Assembly: GCA_000934665.2 (NCBI GenBank)
Contig: KZ538327.1
Span: forward strand, 62,001-82,792
Reading direction: 5' to 3'
Origin: Catajapyx aquilonaris
Taxonomy: Eukaryota
DNA: 20,792 nt
Part shown: positions 19,946 to 20,792 of the stretch, piece by piece
Layout: each line of letters starts with the position of its first letter
Numbering within the stretch: the stretch's first letter is position 1
Position numbers and translations under genes: made by a program
Notes under the pieces: model-generated
What the model was told of the DNA's origin: nothing
The model's database searches: none
The model's input: the letters and a program-made list of their open reading frames with translations, nothing else

Positions 19946-20792
19946 GGTTTGATCTTATTCCATTTTTATCCTATAGACACGGTGGCACGGTCCAGCTACG
20001 GCCTCGGGGCAGGCCCAAGGTTTGAGCTGGTGCTTTAAATACCGAGCGGTTTTAGGCTGTGAGACTGGGGGCAACATTCCTTAAGCCTAAAGTCGCGGCA
20101 TGTTGCAGTAACAACAAAATCAATTAGTTACTCCAATGGAAAAGTATTTTATAACCCGGGCAAGGCCGGGTATCCTGCTAGTACAATGATATATCCCTGC
20201 CTGGCACCTGATTGATTCCTTCCACCTCATCGTATGCTCGTTCCTCACCAACCCCCGCCCCTCCCCCCACTCTAAGCAGGCTGCTGAGACATCTACGGGA
20301 AGGACTTCATTGTTAACCGTGTGGGTTAGGGGCATTTCAATTACCTTTTAGAACTGATGTGAAGGTCCGATATGGCGCCTGCGTAAGGTGGAAGGTCAAC
20401 GAGGGATTCATGTTTCATCGTGTCAGCTGGTGAGATGGAGAGACATGCGATGGGTGCTCGGGGTGTCGTGAAGGGCTAGTGTCTCCATGTAACTGGACAT
20501 GAAATAGGCCAGATTAGTATGGTCAATGAACGCGCCCTTAATGGCATTAATTATTGTAATAATATATTGCAGATTTAACTGCAGTAGCCGGATGACATTA
20601 CAGAATACGCACAAGAACGATAGATGAAACTTTACGCATAATTATCATGCTTCAGGTCGTATTTACGTATAATGTATTCAGCCTTAGAATACAGTATTAC
20701 TGTATATTGAAGTTGCAAGCCTTTAATTTTGAGTTGCATTGTTGACAGATGCCCATTGTGACATATGTACCATGCCTGAATGCATTTTAGTG

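Overview
Eukaryotic, roughly 50% GC window that looks like a filamentous ascomycete (inferred from fungal-type short introns with CTRAC branch points, microsatellites and G/C/A homopolymer runs). It is mostly gene-poor intergenic DNA, and almost all ORFs in the supplied track look like noise. The clearest feature is a complete 605-bp pogo/Tc1-mariner non-autonomous element (18916-19520). It has perfect 20-bp TIRs, a TA target-site duplication, nine copies of a ~15-bp terminal motif and a minus-strand remnant resembling a pogo transposase C-terminus with a near-PIP box. An AT-richer island at about 4.1-6.3 kb hides two minus-strand candidates that the ORF track misses or mis-starts. One is a spliced, frameshifted RimI/GNAT-like acetyltransferase (5396-5854). 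The other is a 74-aa lysine-rich ORF with strong AAG codon bias behind a 5'-UTR intron (4382-4606). A second possible decayed gene lies at 19632-19945. I found no tRNA, rRNA or CRISPR array, and no clearly novel multi-gene system. All protein-family calls are by-eye motif matches, not database hits.
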